From NCBI GenBank assembly GCA_903813345.2, contig CAIIXF020000001.1:31186001-31250000 (forward strand): a stretch of DNA of 64,000 nucleotides, read 5' to 3'. The DNA is from Owenia fusiformis (Eukaryota). The notes under the pieces were generated by a model. That model searched no databases. It was given only the letters and a program-made list of their open reading frames with translations, and had not been told where the DNA came from. Shown here piece after piece: positions 1 to 14,300 of the stretch. Each line of letters begins with the position of its first letter. Positions within the stretch are counted from its first letter, which is position 1. The position numbers and the translations under genes are program-made.

Positions 1-2165
1 ATTTGTCTCAATAGCAAAGAGTGCATCTCCCAAACAAATTGGGCAAGTGATAACCGCTTCCCTTCTTTCACTATGTCTTGAACCAGAATTCTGCATGTGA
101 GGTGCATTACCATTTTGTGTGTTCCCAAGTCTCTCTCTTGTGTTATTAACATCTGCTTCACTTGCAGGATGAATTCTATGTTGAATATCTTGTGTTGATC
201 TGGAATTGTATAACTACATGTAAACAACAGCAACGCTAAAGCGTAGCAAATAACATCGAACAGCCATGGTTGGCATTTTTACAAACGAAGAACATGTATA
301 TTGCAAAAATTGTAAAATAACGCACAAAAATGGCCACCATTTTCAAAATAGTTGTTCACTATAGCCGAATTGTCATCAGAAAGTGTAATATGCTTCTAAG
401 TAGGCATTTATAAAATTTAAATAAAATCGCACACGTACATGAAAATGGTGGCCATTTTTCAAAATGGCCGCCTACTTGACAAAATGTCATAAGACAGTGT
501 GCCCTGCTTATAGTATTCACATATAAAATATGAACAAAATTGCTCAACTACTTTTCTAGTTATAGTAAAAAACGTAAAAATGACAGTGTGCTACTCAAAT
601 ATGAAAAAAATCGTTCTATTACTTTTTGAGCTATACTTATAGTATTCAAATACCAAATATGAACAAAATCGCACCACTACTTTTCGAGTTATAGTAAAAA
701 ATGTTAAAATGGCGGCCATTTTTCAAAATGGCCGCCTTCTACCAAAATGGTCATGAGACAGTGTGCCATCGAAGCTTATAGTATTCACATATTAAATATG
801 AACAAAATCGCTTCAGTAGTATTCAAGTTACAGCAAAAATCGTAAAATAGCGTGTAAAGGCTGCCATTTTTCAAGATGGCTGCCATGTGCTTCTTCGATA
901 TATATTTCTTGCTTAATTAAGTTCCTATAAATTTTTTACATTTAAAACATATTGCTATTACAGTTTTACAGATTGTACCTAAATTAATGTAAAATCAGCA
1001 CTAAAATGGCCACCATTTTAAAATGAGTGGCCATTTTAAAATTCAGCTTTCAAGCAGAACTTCTACCCCCATAGGGTATATGTGTACCAAATATGAACAA
1101 AATTGAGTTATTGCCCAGATGGACGGACGTACGGAAGGACAAATGTACGGACGAATGAACAGACAGAGTGATGGACGGATGGATGGATGGACGGAGGTTA
1201 CTCGAGTCTCTAGCTTACAGCTAGACGTAACTTCATTGATTTCGTATGTACTCTAGAGTTTGACACATGGTGAAATTTTCTCGCTGTAGCTAAAAATGGC
1301 TTCCGGTTCTGGACGTGAATAAAATTTGAAATTATTCTCGCTTAAGAAATCAAATATAACAATAGATTCAGACGGGGATGTGAGCTGATGTTCTTCAAAT
1401 CTATACATAAAGGTATATTTCATATTATTATGCCATATTTACTGTGCGTGTGACACAATGATTTACAATATTTATTATACTAAGGCAGCTCAATCTTCCT
1501 CCTCAAAGCCGGAACATAGAGAAGGCTTTGGACCGAAGTAAGACGGAGGCGTTCCCTATATCCCTGCGAACTTTGTTTGATGGGATAATAATTGAATAAT
1601 GTATAAGTCCATAGACCAGATTATTCTATCTCTGTTCTCAAAGTAGAATATGAGCTCATACAATCGATCTATATCTGTTGTAATTCATTTGTTATTAATT
1701 GAGACTGAGACAGTTTGAGAGCAAAGTTTCACTAAAGGGGGCCCACTAAAGATTTTCTCAATTTCGCTGGTGCCAATTGAACAGATACAATTAAATGACG
1801 CTGAAGTAAGTATTTTTCAAATATGGTAGACCCGTTGATTGTAATCCTTGACAAAACAGTGCAATATCTCATTTGTCACTTCGATTCGGATACAATTACA
1901 TGTCGTAATCGTGCAATATCAGTGGATATACTATACATACAACACTGTTACTTTCCCATTGACTTCCAAACAAATGATTCGTTAGGTATGTATGTAGCGA
2001 ATGTGCTCTGAATCAGAGTCTGATCTGATGTCTAAAGTAAAAGTAAAAAATTAACCTGAAATACAAAGTTATGCCCACACATATAGCTGCAACTACAATG
2101 GTGATTACGTAAAGCAGCTCATCTCCAATTCCTTCTATCAGTGTCCCATTAACCTGTGGATCCAT
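1..2165 (-). CDS. RNF170: E3 ubiquitin ligase RNF170, first two coding exons (gene continues beyond the window start)
   Basis: Exon 1 2165-2056 (MDPQVNGTLIEGIGDELLYVITIVVAAICVGITLYFR; IEG..D plus a TM helix). A phase-2 GT..AG intron leads to exon 2, 199-<1 (STQDIQHRIHPASEADV...ITCPICLGDALFAIETN), which matches the RNF170 HP...CPICL..A.F.VETN RING start as I recall it. Not in the ORF track; translated by hand. Confidence 0.9.
220..1590. repeat. Interspersed non-autonomous repeat (Helentron/HINE-like) with AAAATGGCCGCCATTTT subrepeats and a (GGAC/GGAT)n tract
   Basis: Repeated palindromic aaaatggc..ccatttt units and 'aaatatgaacaaaatcgc' units, a GGAC microsatellite at 1118-1197 and an imperfect terminal hairpin near 1560-1585. 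Similar subrepeats occur at about 15430-16280 and 46790-46930. Confidence 0.5.
1198..1541. mobile_element. MITE with 8-bp TSD, nested in the previous repeat
   Basis: Perfect TSD GACGGAGG (1190-1197 and 1542-1549); imperfect TIRs TTACTCGAGTC... and ...GGACCGAAGTAA. Confidence 0.7.
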
Positions 2166-2365
2166 CTTATTAGTAGACTCTAATTAGAGAAATGAACATA
2201 ATATTTTTGACATTTCTTCAACCCGGAAGTACAGGAAGTAAACGTCAAAATTGCGCATGCGCAGACTAACAGTAGCCATATTTCGAAAAATATAGGTGTA
2301 AAATTTTCCTTATAAAAAAGTCGAAATATTAACGAATCAGTTGGTTATAGTACATAATATTAGGC
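2166..2365. promoter_or_regulatory. Bidirectional promoter between RNF170 and Hook
   Basis: 200 bp between divergent ATGs. Tandem ETS/GABP sites CCGGAAGT (2223-2230) and CAGGAAGT (2232-2239), and a perfect NRF1 palindrome TGCGCATGCGCA (2252-2263). Confidence 0.8.
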
Positions 2366-5300
2366 ATGGATAGAGATCATCTATGTCAGAGTCTCTTGAC
2401 ATGGGTAAGTATCCATATTTTCACACTGTTTTCGCCTAAGATCGTCTTTGATTTGTACCTATTCTAAACTTGGATAATTTGCCATTTGGGAAATGGTCCT
2501 ATCACACGGGTACTCTTGAAAACTACTGACGATTTCAAACATAGATCCCGGCCAGATTCTTTTGTAGTAGGATCAGTAGCTCAAAAATAATTCCTCAAGA
2601 TGAGACACCTCTGAAAATTTCAAATTTTAAAATTACGATTGTGCAGCCATTTCTGAAAAATATGAGACAAATCATACCTCATTAGAAGGGTCTTGTTATT
2701 CTTTAACTTTTTTTATCACCAATGACCGTTATTCAAGCAATAATGCGTTGATAAGAGGCCAAAACAGTGATATTTTATCGCCGGACTCTTGTCTGTCCAA
2801 ATCTGAATGGTGCTCCCGTGGTTCCAGAAATGTGACGTCATCAGTACAATGATATTTGGACACACAAGAGTCCGGATCTCGTGGAAAATATTCGCCGTAT
2901 TAAAAGTTAAATAACTGCATCCATAAGTTATTTACTCGAACCTAACAAGTAGAAATAGAAAGATGAAGATCTCAGCTATAAAATGAGTGCAAAATCTGTC
3001 ATGGGGAAGCAGGTACCATTTTGTATAAAGAACATTTTTGAAAGGTGGTCATATTTTTTTGAAATTTTCCAATTTAGTGTCGTATCTTGTGAATTATTCT
3101 TTGAGCCTATGAGATCCTACTACAAAACGATCTGGCCAATATCTGTGATTTCAAATATGATAACTCGACATACTTTGAGAATATGGGACGAAAAATCAAC
3201 CTTTCTTCTAAAATTTAAGTAGTGTTTGATATTTCTCAATCTCCGAAGCTAACACTTAAGACCCCTTAGACTCGCATGTGCGGTGGTCCTAAATTTTCTT
3301 TAGATATAAGACACAAAAATTCAAACAGAACTTTCAAATAAATGTCAGAAGTTGCTGTATTTAATTAATTGAACAGTCAACATATGCTATGTCCTCTGGA
3401 GATAACGTTTGACCAAAAACAGGATTTGCATGCAAATTTCTCATGTATGAAGTAAAAAATGGTAGGAAGTAACTACTCAAGAAGTTATCACCAGGTTAAA
3501 ACATAATGTGCTACATTCAGTCACTGTCAATCCATTTAGGTTTTTGTAAAACATTTAAATGATAATACTAAGGTTTTTCTTTAATTCCTGCTTCTGCTAT
3601 GGTTCGTAATTTTCTCTTTTCTACTTTACTTTCAGATGCATACATTCAGTGTGGAGACAACATTTAAGACAGCTGAGGATGTCATAGATGGCGTTGTCAT
3701 GTCAGAAATACTCAATCAAATGTGAGTTAGCATTAGCAAATTGATATCATTTACAACTAATGAAAACCACAATGGGCCAGAATAATGTGCAATGGAACAA
3801 ACCCTCTTCAGATTAGAGAAAGAGAAACATACATAACATCCTGACATGCATATGATACATCGTGATAGTCTTAATTAGCATGAAGTCCAATGCAAACCAA
3901 ATCTCTTGATCTGAAATCTCTATTTCTGTATCAGTTTTTCTAAAATCTGAAATCTTAATTAACAATTCAAGGAAATGTATGTTTAAATTATTTAAAATAA
4001 TCAGATCCACAGAAAACATTGCCATGGAACCGAAGTTATGACATCAGGCTAAACCTGTGATAAGAATTATGATGTGTTCCAGAACATTGGCTATGGATAA
4101 CATCACATATGTAAAGATTTTGAGTTACAAAGTCCAATTTTATAATGATATGATATAAGGAATTTCTAAACTACACATACATATTTGTAAAGGGCCACGG
4201 TGTATGGGATACATTGAAGAATGGCTAAATCTGCCCATATTGTAGATGTGGGTTAAGTCTTTGAAATAACTTTTGTCTGTCATGAAAGATGGCATAGCTG
4301 TTATGCTAAATATTTGATTCCATTGTTTTTTTTACATGTGTTCAGTTTTTGTTTTTATGTTTTAGTGCCCCTGAATTCTTCAATGAAGCATGGATGGCAA
4401 AAGTGAAGAAAGAATCTGGAGGTAATTGGCGATTAAAAGTAAGTCAATATACATAATTTTAAACCATTACAAAATATTACTTTATAAAAATATTTTTATA
4501 AAGATGTAATTTTATTATTGACCCATAATTATCCGTTCATGGTAGGGACTTAAAAAAATTAAAAATTAAAGACTTATAAAGAACATTTTTCACTGTAGTT
4601 GTAATAGTAATACATGTAATACAGTTAGTTTATAATTTAAATTACCCATTTGAACCCTTCCAGTAAATTCATAACAAATGTAACCACTCGTATTCTTTGA
4701 TTTCCAGGTCAGCAATCTAAAAAAGATCTTAAAGGGCATCTTAGAATATTATCAAGAGGTAATGCTATGGGTCATTTGTATGTACACTGTACATGTAGTA
4801 TATCTGCATCTAAATCTACAGGCATATATTAAAGTGTTGCAAGTCATTTCATGATTAGAGATTGTATCATTAACCAAGTAAAAAAAAAAATTGCCAAATA
4901 GGTGTAATCTTTTTAAGTAACATTTATTACAAACTGAGAACATTTTGAGTTAGCCTGATGAAGCTAAATGCAGAAACGTGTACTGTACATCACTATATTA
5001 GCATTTTATGTGCATTAATGTTTATTGCATGCTCTCATATGATAAAACATCGTTGCAGTATGGTGATATTTTTGTGGTTTTCTTGCAGGTCCTAGGTCAA
5101 CAAATAAGTGATTTCCACATGCCAGATGTAAATGCAATAGGTATGTTCATGTCATTGATTCTAATCTATAATACATCTTATATAATCTCAATTTCCTTTT
5201 TATCCCACCAGATGAAGTTTGGCCCAAATCGAAATATAGCTGACAGATTTCTATAGGCTCTTAATGCCTAAGGCAATTTATAGTAATTATTAGGGCATCT

Positions 5301-8300
5301 TCTCAAGAATGTCATCTTCATCAGATCACTCATCAGATTTGTTGAAGATTTTATGTGTTGATGCCCTTTCAACATAGGACTCTGTTCAAGAATGAATGTG
5401 TCAATTCAGCAAATAATTATCACAAATGCATTTCTTGACATGAAAAAGAACTTGCTTGGATTGACTAAGTATATTGATTAAAAAATCATAAAATATTTTC
5501 ATATAGGATTGATAATTGACTCCTTGTTGTGTTATATGTTCAGGTGAGAAATGTGACCACAGTGAGCTGGGAAGACTCATCCAGTTGATCCTGGGTTGTG
5601 CAGTGAACTGTGATGATAAACAGGATTACATTCAGAGGATCATGTCCATGGAGGAAGAGGTCCAGCATGTAGTCATGAATGCAATTCAAGAGGTAAATGT
5701 ATGGGTTAAAGTGCCACTTTAATACTGCTCAAAATTTAAACACCATTAAGTTTCAGATTTCATTGAAATTATGCCAGTTATTTTGTGTAATGATTTCGCT
5801 ATAGTTAAGAACATGAGTTTATCATTCCTCTGATACTTAGCACAGTGAGGTAGATAAAAATGTTGTCATCACATTTTAGGCTAACAATTCAAAAATTGAT
5901 TTCATATTTTTCCTAAAAATGCTCTTTTGTTTCAAAATCTAGACCTGATCATTAGTGTGAAGGATGTTGGGTAAATATTTTTGGTCTTTAGTCGTATAAA
6001 AATCTTGTGATCATGTTTCCAGAAAAACAGTTCAAAGCATTCATTTAAAAATTTCAGAGATGTTTCTTTGGGTGAATACAATGTATTTAGACTTGACCAT
6101 TCTAAGACACTCTGTGTGTTTTGCTATTTGGTATGTGCACACATAGTATTGATAATTCTGTATCCCGTTTATTCTCTTATGTAATAAAATGCCTTTTTTA
6201 GTTGATGTCCAAGGAAAGTCCAGCAGGTTTTGGTGAAGGATCTTCAGAAATAGGGGACCAGCTTAAGAGAACCATAGCTGAGTTGAACAGTGTCATATCA
6301 CAGAAAGAAGAAACTGAACAGAGGTGTCATGAGTTAGATCTACAGGTAATACATTTGGCTCATTGCACTCACTATTTTAACTATATGTGTATTGTGTTCT
6401 GTATTGCCAGCCTAGTATATGCCCATGAACAAAGGGTACATATTTGACAAAGTCCCTGCACTCTTTGTATTTGGATTTCTTTTAATAACAACAAATCAAT
6501 GTTTGTCACAGATTCAACATAAGATGTCTCAATCTGTGAAATTATTTTATACAGCAAACCATTTTTCTTTGGATGATTCTATTGTTATCCTTATTCTTAC
6601 TCAAGTTCAACTGCAGTAAACCATGTATTCCTTATATGTGTATAACCCATCATTTCATATCATAGATGTCAGCAGCAGCAGCAGTGAATTCATATAGAAT
6701 TCCATCTCTTGCAGGTTTCTGCTTTGGTTGAAGAAAAAACAATGTTGTTTGATGAAAATGAAAGATTACGAGATAGTCAACAAAATCAAAATGACAGTTT
6801 AGATGACCCAAGGTAAGCTCCTGATTAACTATTACAGGATGTTCATCAGGATCTGCTTTCTGTGTAATGCACAGTACTACTGTACTGTATAACACTGTGC
6901 TTAATAGATACAAAAGTGCCAATGCTTTTCACACAGAAGCTCTTAACTATAGCTTAAGAAATAAAACATTGATTTAGAGAGCAACATGTTTTATTTGTTT
7001 GTTATTGTAACTGTTTAATAATGAAACTTGCCAGGATTATTACTGTGTTTGTGGTGGACACTGTGACCAAGTCTCATGGAAAAATATTGATGTAGCTTAA
7101 GAATATATTTAATTCAACACTGGGTTCGCCAAAATAGACTAAGAAAGGTACCCTAAGAAATAGTAATTCATTCGCAAAGAAGATCTTGCATGACATTGAA
7201 GGCCATGGTTAAAGGTTTTTAGCTTCAAAGGGTATTAAAAATGTAGAAATATTTTGTTTTTGTACTTAAAGAGCATTCTTCTCTCTTTAGGGATCACAAA
7301 ATCATAGTTGTGATGTCAAAACAAGTATTTCTGTCTTTTTACAGTACACCTGCTGGCCGGAGGTACCATCAGTTACAAATACAGGTTGAAAATCAGCAAG
7401 AAGAACTCTTCAGAATGGAAGCTGGTAAGTAGTATGATGAACACAATTCTAATAGATCAGTAAAATGTTTTTGTTACACCCCAGTGGAATATTGTCATGT
7501 TCACTTTGGTCAAAATAGCTAAAAATAAATTATATATAGCATCATTTTAAATGATTAAAGCCGACCCCCCAAGATGTACAGAAATCATCTTATTGTATTA
7601 CCCAACAATAGTAATGGTTTTAGTTGAGTGAGAAAACAAATAATGAATTGAATTGAAAAGTTGATTGATAATAATACAATAATATTTCCCATCTAATACT
7701 GGCATGTGTTTTTACAGCGAGGGATGATTATAGAATAAAAGTGGAATTACAAGAAAAAGAAATCTTAGATTTACAACAAAAGGTGAGATTTCTTTCTTAA
7801 AAGTCTTCACATTATGGCAGCAGAGTAGAGTTTACGATCTTATTTATACATATCTATTTTTAATTTAGAACAAAGTTAACTGATCAACTTAAATAATTAT
7901 ATCATGAGAATGACATTACCTGTTTATCTAATATAATAGGATCACTTGTAATATTTATAGGATATCCTATGATTTTGAAGAATATCATTTTTATTTACGA
8001 GTTGATATTAATATCTACATGAGAGAGCAAAGAGAATGAGTGCATATATCAATATCACTGAGTAGATTGAAATAATTTTCTGAAAAAAAATCATAGGATG
8101 TTCTTATCTTCATTTAGTTCACTAATTGTATAACATCATTGAAAAATAAATTTTACAAAAATCTACAAGTGGAGTATATCATCACAATATCCTCCATATA
8201 TTCCTTTACCGGAGTATATTGTGGAAATATTTCCAGCTTTTCATGTTGCTATACATTTAGTACACTAAGTGTTGGATCCAATAAATATGTATATTTATAG

Positions 8301-11300
8301 AATGATGAGTTGAACTCATTAGCAGAGGAGGCTCGCGCTCTGAAGGATGAAGTTGATATCCTCCGCCACACGGCAGATAAAGTAGTATGTGAAACATTTT
8401 ATATAGATATTAATTTATTTGCCCAATTATTCATAATTTTACACACTGTGACATCACACTAGACATCACAAGTGCAGTGGTCATATTTAAAAAAATTATT
8501 TTGTAAAACTGAAAAAATATCTGGCCACGGGAGTGGCTAAATTACATTAAGAGCTTAACTGTCAATGTAATATGAAATGAGTCCTAACAATAAGTAACAC
8601 TTTATGTGTTCACTTTAGAGAGAGCTGTATAGATATGAAGGTTTTCTATCCTGTGTTTGCAGGCAAAGTATGAATCTACAATAGAAACATATAAAAAGCG
8701 GCTAGAAGAACTGAGTGACCTAAGGGGCCAAATAAAGATAATGGAAGAGAAGAATACAAACTACATGCAAAAACAGCTGGAGCTAGAAGAGGTAATTCAA
8801 GCTAACATCAAGGATTTTTGAGTGTTATTTCATGAAATTTAATTAATAGAACTTCATACAATATAAGACAGTATTATACTCAGGGAATTATTATATGATT
8901 TAACTATGTTCACCCATCATTTTCTGCTCTGTGTACTTACCTTAGGAGCTAAGGAAGGGTGGTAATGTGAAGAGTTCTCTTGATCTCTACAAGCGCCAGG
9001 TGCAAGAGCTACAAATGAAGGCTGGCGATGAGACAAAGAGGGCTGACAAAGCAGTTTTTGAAGCAAAAAGATTACAAGAAAAACTACAGTCCTTGCAAAG
9101 AGATAAAGAGGTATTACAGTCAGACTGCAATCTATCTTCAAATAGAGTTAGCTTTGAATATTATCATGATTTCAATTTCTCAATTAGGCATCACTATGAT
9201 CAGTAATATTAGATAGTTAGGTGTTACTCTGATCTAACCATTCAATGAATATGACCAGTATGAAATTGTTATCCATCTTTTACCTTTACTTGTATATTCA
9301 AATAAGATACAATATTTCCTATTTGTGCACACTGAGCCATAAGACATATGCTATGACATCTTTGATCAATTTGGAGATTTTGTGTCCATGATGAACTTAT
9401 TTCTATTTTCTATTTTTGACCTACATTTTCAATTTGACCTATTTTATAAAATGACAACCAGTTATATGACAAAAAATGATGAAGTCAAAAGAAGTACCCA
9501 GAAATATATTCATATTCATGCATACCAAATAGTTGGTAACTTGGGAATGAAGGAATTACTATTAGGAACCACCACCATGTGAACCCATTTTAGATTGTCA
9601 TATTAGGAGAATGTAATTTAATGTAAATGAGGGTAACAATCTTCTCATGTATTACAGAGGCTAGCAGCTGAGCGTGATTCTTTAAAGGAAACCAATGAAG
9701 AGCTGACTCTCAATCAGCTAAATCAAGGTATTGTCATATTTCTGATTTCAATATTCTAATGTCAGGGATTTGTAATTTAAGGCCCAGGTTAATCAAGTTA
9801 ATCATATGGATTTTTCATTCTTCTCACCCTAACTATGTATAAAGTAGATGGAAATAATAATGTCTGTTATAACATTTGAATGAAGAGAGAAACGGTAGGG
9901 TTCCAGCCTTGAATATAAATGTTGAATAGATTCAGAGATATAAGAGTATCGCATTACTAGCAGTTTTATTCTAGCTCAAATGAATGTGTTAGATTTAACC
10001 ACATGTCTTTTTGTAGTCAATATCGCTTTATTATACTGTATCTCTATAGTGGTTTTGAGCTATTATTAGTGTGAATGGTGGTTGGTAGTGAATTCAACCT
10101 TTTCTAGCTACAATGCTTACATGCTAATAGTGATTTTGTATTTGCAATATCATGCTGGTATTATTGCAACTTATTTCTAACATTTTTGCTTTTCTTAATT
10201 TGTTATACATGTATTTCATTTGCAATATCTGCTTTTTATTTTTTGTTATTTGGCCAGCTTTGTGTCTTTATTATTTGATTATTAGAATGTTTTGGAGATC
10301 ACTCCCATTTTTGAAGTCATTGTAAATTGAAAATTGAGATTGCCGTTTATCTGAAAATGCTTCAAAGTTGTCTATTTGTAAGATTTTAGAATAATATTGC
10401 GTGGTAGTTGATTCGAAACTTCATGAATAACAACAGGGAATATAAATGATTTTGAAAAAATTCCTCCTCACAAAAATCCTATTCATCTGGTTGTCCACAT
10501 ATTTTATATACACCATTTTGAATTTAGTTTTTCTTAAGTTATCAAGATGTAAATATTTACATGGGGTTTGTCATCAATGAAACTTCACTAAAATAAACAT
10601 ATTATGTTACGTTAATTATTTCTTACATACTTGTAGATGTGATTATTCATAATCCTTATAGTTAATAACTTAATAATTCAATATCATGGTATAAACTGTT
10701 ATTTTTTTGGTCAGGAATGGGATTTGGGTTTTACACCTTGGTCAGTATTTTTCTCTCAGGTATTATCATATTGGCTCTCTGTATAAAACCCATATTCAGT
10801 CCTTCCTGTGAATAATCTATATAGAAAGAACACATTAGAATCTTCTGAGCGCTTAATTAGGCAATCAGTTTTATTGATTTATTGTAATCCAAATTAACTA
10901 TTTGGCTATCTTCATAACACACCAAAAACAGCCTGGAATGGAAATGTCATTATAAAAACTAGTAAGAGTATTTATATATGGGTTCAAGAACTTCTATTAA
11001 AATATGGTACGATTACATGTTTATCATCCTGTTCAAGCTTTATATATTAATAATTGCAATTTGAAGACATTTATGTTTTCTCTGGCATGCTGAGTTGATG
11101 TTGTAATTGTAGGGCAGTGTGGTAATTGTAGGGGTGACAGGTCATCTCAACCCCAAGTCATCTCAACCCAGTCCAACTCAACCCCAAGTCAAGTCAACCC
11201 CAGTAAAACTCAACCCCAAGTCAACTCAACCCTGTAAAACTCAACCCCAGTAAAACTCAACCCTATTCATTTGTGCAATGTCGAATTTAATTTTTTATGA

Positions 11301-14300
11301 TGAATAATTTAAGTAATTCATTTCTGAAAATCTAGCATTTTGCATGATACTTTGAATAGAAAGTTGTAAAAGTATTCCAAAAAACGATTAAGCTCAAGGA
11401 TAATTCATCAAGTTGTCACAGGAGGGGTGCGCACACACTCTCCCCCAATTTTGAAGGAAGTTGCATCATTTTTTGTCAAAACATATCTTTTTTGGCTCGC
11501 TTATGCCACGATCTGCACCCCCTGACTGAAAGCTGGCTATGCCCCTGGAAAGCAATGGTCATGTTCCAGTTTTCCAAATAATCACGAGTGTCAACCTCAT
11601 AGGGATTACAACAAAACAAACGTATTAGCAAGATTAATAAAATGACCCATATTTTAATCCTATTAGTAGCATGCTGAGATTTTGGAGATAAACTCATTAT
11701 TAACTATAATCGAAAAAGGCAGTGGTCTAAGAATGAAAACCACAAACTGAATAATCAGAATTATTTTTATGAAATAAACTTTCTTATAAGTTTATCAATA
11801 TATGGAAATATAGGGTTGAGTTTTACTGGGGTTGAGTTTTACAGGGTTGATATGACTTGGGGTTGAACTTTACTGGGGTCGACTTGACTTGGGGTTGAGT
11901 TGACTTGGGGTTGAGTTTTACTGGGTTGAGTTGACTTGGGGTTGAGATGACCAGGAAGCATTGTAGGTCTATGTTAAAATACTGTTGCTTGAAGATGTAT
12001 GAAGCATTTGTTCTTGCATGGTTCCAGGGCTCTCTGTAGGATTGTCAGGTGCTACTTTTGTGGGTGTTGTAGCCATGTGAAACATTTTAATATTGGCATT
12101 GTAAATTAAATGCTGAGATGGTAGTGATGCTTTAAATTATGTGCAGCAGTACCAAGCCACCAAAAAAGTCCTAAAGAGAGTCTTGAGAATATTCCTCTTA
12201 TTTTACACTTTAGTGCTTTGTAGTAGTAGCTTTAATAACACTAGATGTCTGTGCTTTGTTGTGATTTGCAGAGAACTTACTTCCTAGTCATTCATTGTCA
12301 GGTGAACTAGCAGCCAGTCCACTTGGAGAGTCAGCAGGGTCGTTAGAGTTGATGAATGTTCCACCAGAGATAAGGTATGTCATTGCCATAACAAGTTATG
12401 TCATTGCCATAGCAAGGTATATCATTACCATAGTAAGGTATATCATTGTCGTAGCAAGGTATATCATTACCATAGTAAGGTATATCATTGTCGTAGCAAG
12501 GTATATCATTACCATAGTAATGTATATCATTGTCGTAGCAAGGTATATCATTGACATAGTAAGGTATATCATTGTCATAACAAGGTATATCATTGACATA
12601 ATAAGGTATTTCATTGTCGTAGCAAGGTATATCATTACCATCGTAAGGTATATCATTGTCGTAGTGAGGTATATCATTGCCATAACAAGATATGTCATTG
12701 CCATAGCAAGGTATATCATTAACCGTAGTAAGTATATCATTGTTGTACCAAGGTATATCATTACCATAGTAAGGTATTTCATTGCCGTAACAAGGTGAAT
12801 ATCATTACCATAGTAAGGTATTTCATTGTCATAGCAAGGTATATCATTACCATAATAAGGTATATCATTGTCGTAGCAAGGTATATCATTATCATAGTAA
12901 GGTATTTCATTGCCGTAACAAGGTGTATCATTACCATAGTAAGGTATATCATTGCCCTAGTAAGGTATATCATTACCATAATAAGGTATTTCATTGCCGT
13001 AACAAGGTGTATCATTACCATAGTAAGGTATATCATTGCCCTAGTAAGGTATATAATTGCCATAGCAAGGTATATCATTGCCTTAGAAAGGAATTGAATC
13101 TCATTTTAAAAAAACTTTTAACTCCCAATATAGTCAAATTAACCTTTATTTAAACAAAATTGCTCAAATGTTTTTGATTAATCCTTGTATTTATGATGTC
13201 CCAATTGAATGAGCTCTGTCATTGTTACATGACTAAGGAATGCATCTTTTCAGATTTTCCAAATTTTGATATTAAATGCCATAAAGCTTTGTCAATTGAT
13301 CTAAAAATATCTATTGAGAATGTTGTCACATTCCTTCAAAATCAAGAATCTCAGGAATGCAAATTTCTTGAAATGTGAACACCTCCTAATCTGAATATAT
13401 TTAGCTGATTGCAATGGTGTTTGGATTCTTACTTTTTACTGTGCATAATTTTAGAGAGAAAATTATACGGCTGACACATGAAAACAAAATGCTGAAATTA
13501 TCTCGAGAGGGAAGTGATGATGAAAATGTTCAAATGTTGAGGAACATGTTAGATGACACAGAGACGAGAAAGCAAGAGCTTGAAACGGAAAATAGGTAAG
13601 TTATTTAACCCACTTACATCATCATTGTTGTTGTTATATGTATGGACACTGTACCTTCATCTAATTTTGGGATATAAACAAGTTTATTTTCAAATTTTTG
13701 CCTGATAAGCTGATCATCGCTTCATAAATCTTGTCATCACAATTATACAGGAAACCCGGTTACCTATTCAACAATTTTTACAGGTGCAAGAACAGACCAG
13801 TAATAAGATCTGATTATGTTTTGGACATGTTGGATAAATGGTAAAAAAGTGTGATTCTTATTATCACTGTGTCTTGTTTCAAATTACTCCCCCATGCCCC
13901 TTACCACCCGTTTTATTCAACACATTTGAATGTTTTATGATTTATTTATGTACTTCAACATTCCAGGATCTGCAACCAGCGTATATTGGAATTAGAAGCC
14001 ACTGTTGAAGATATACAAGAGAGCCAGACAAGTCAAAGTGATGACTCTGCTGATCTCAGGAAAAAACTTAATGAACATATCCAGAAAAATAGAGACTTAG
14101 ATACTGATTTACAACGAAAAAAGTCTCATATAGAAGAACTAGAACCTAGAATCAGCTCATATAATGATAAAATAAACACTTTGCAAGATGCACTCAGTAA
14201 AAAGGAAGATGAGATGAAAGCAATGGAGGAGAGGTATAAGAAATATCTAGAGAAAGCCAAAAGTGTTATCAAGGCTTTGGACTCTAAACAGAACCCAGGA

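Noticed and set aside
12372..13087. CRISPR-like regular repeats (also the LTR arrays and 53575-53825)
   Set aside because: Contiguous tandem units with no unique spacers, no cas genes, and a eukaryotic intron context.
12295..13153. Several 76-167 aa ORFs with RYIITIV / MIYLTMV repeats
   Set aside because: Translations of a 21-bp minisatellite; only 12272-12374 is a real Hook exon.
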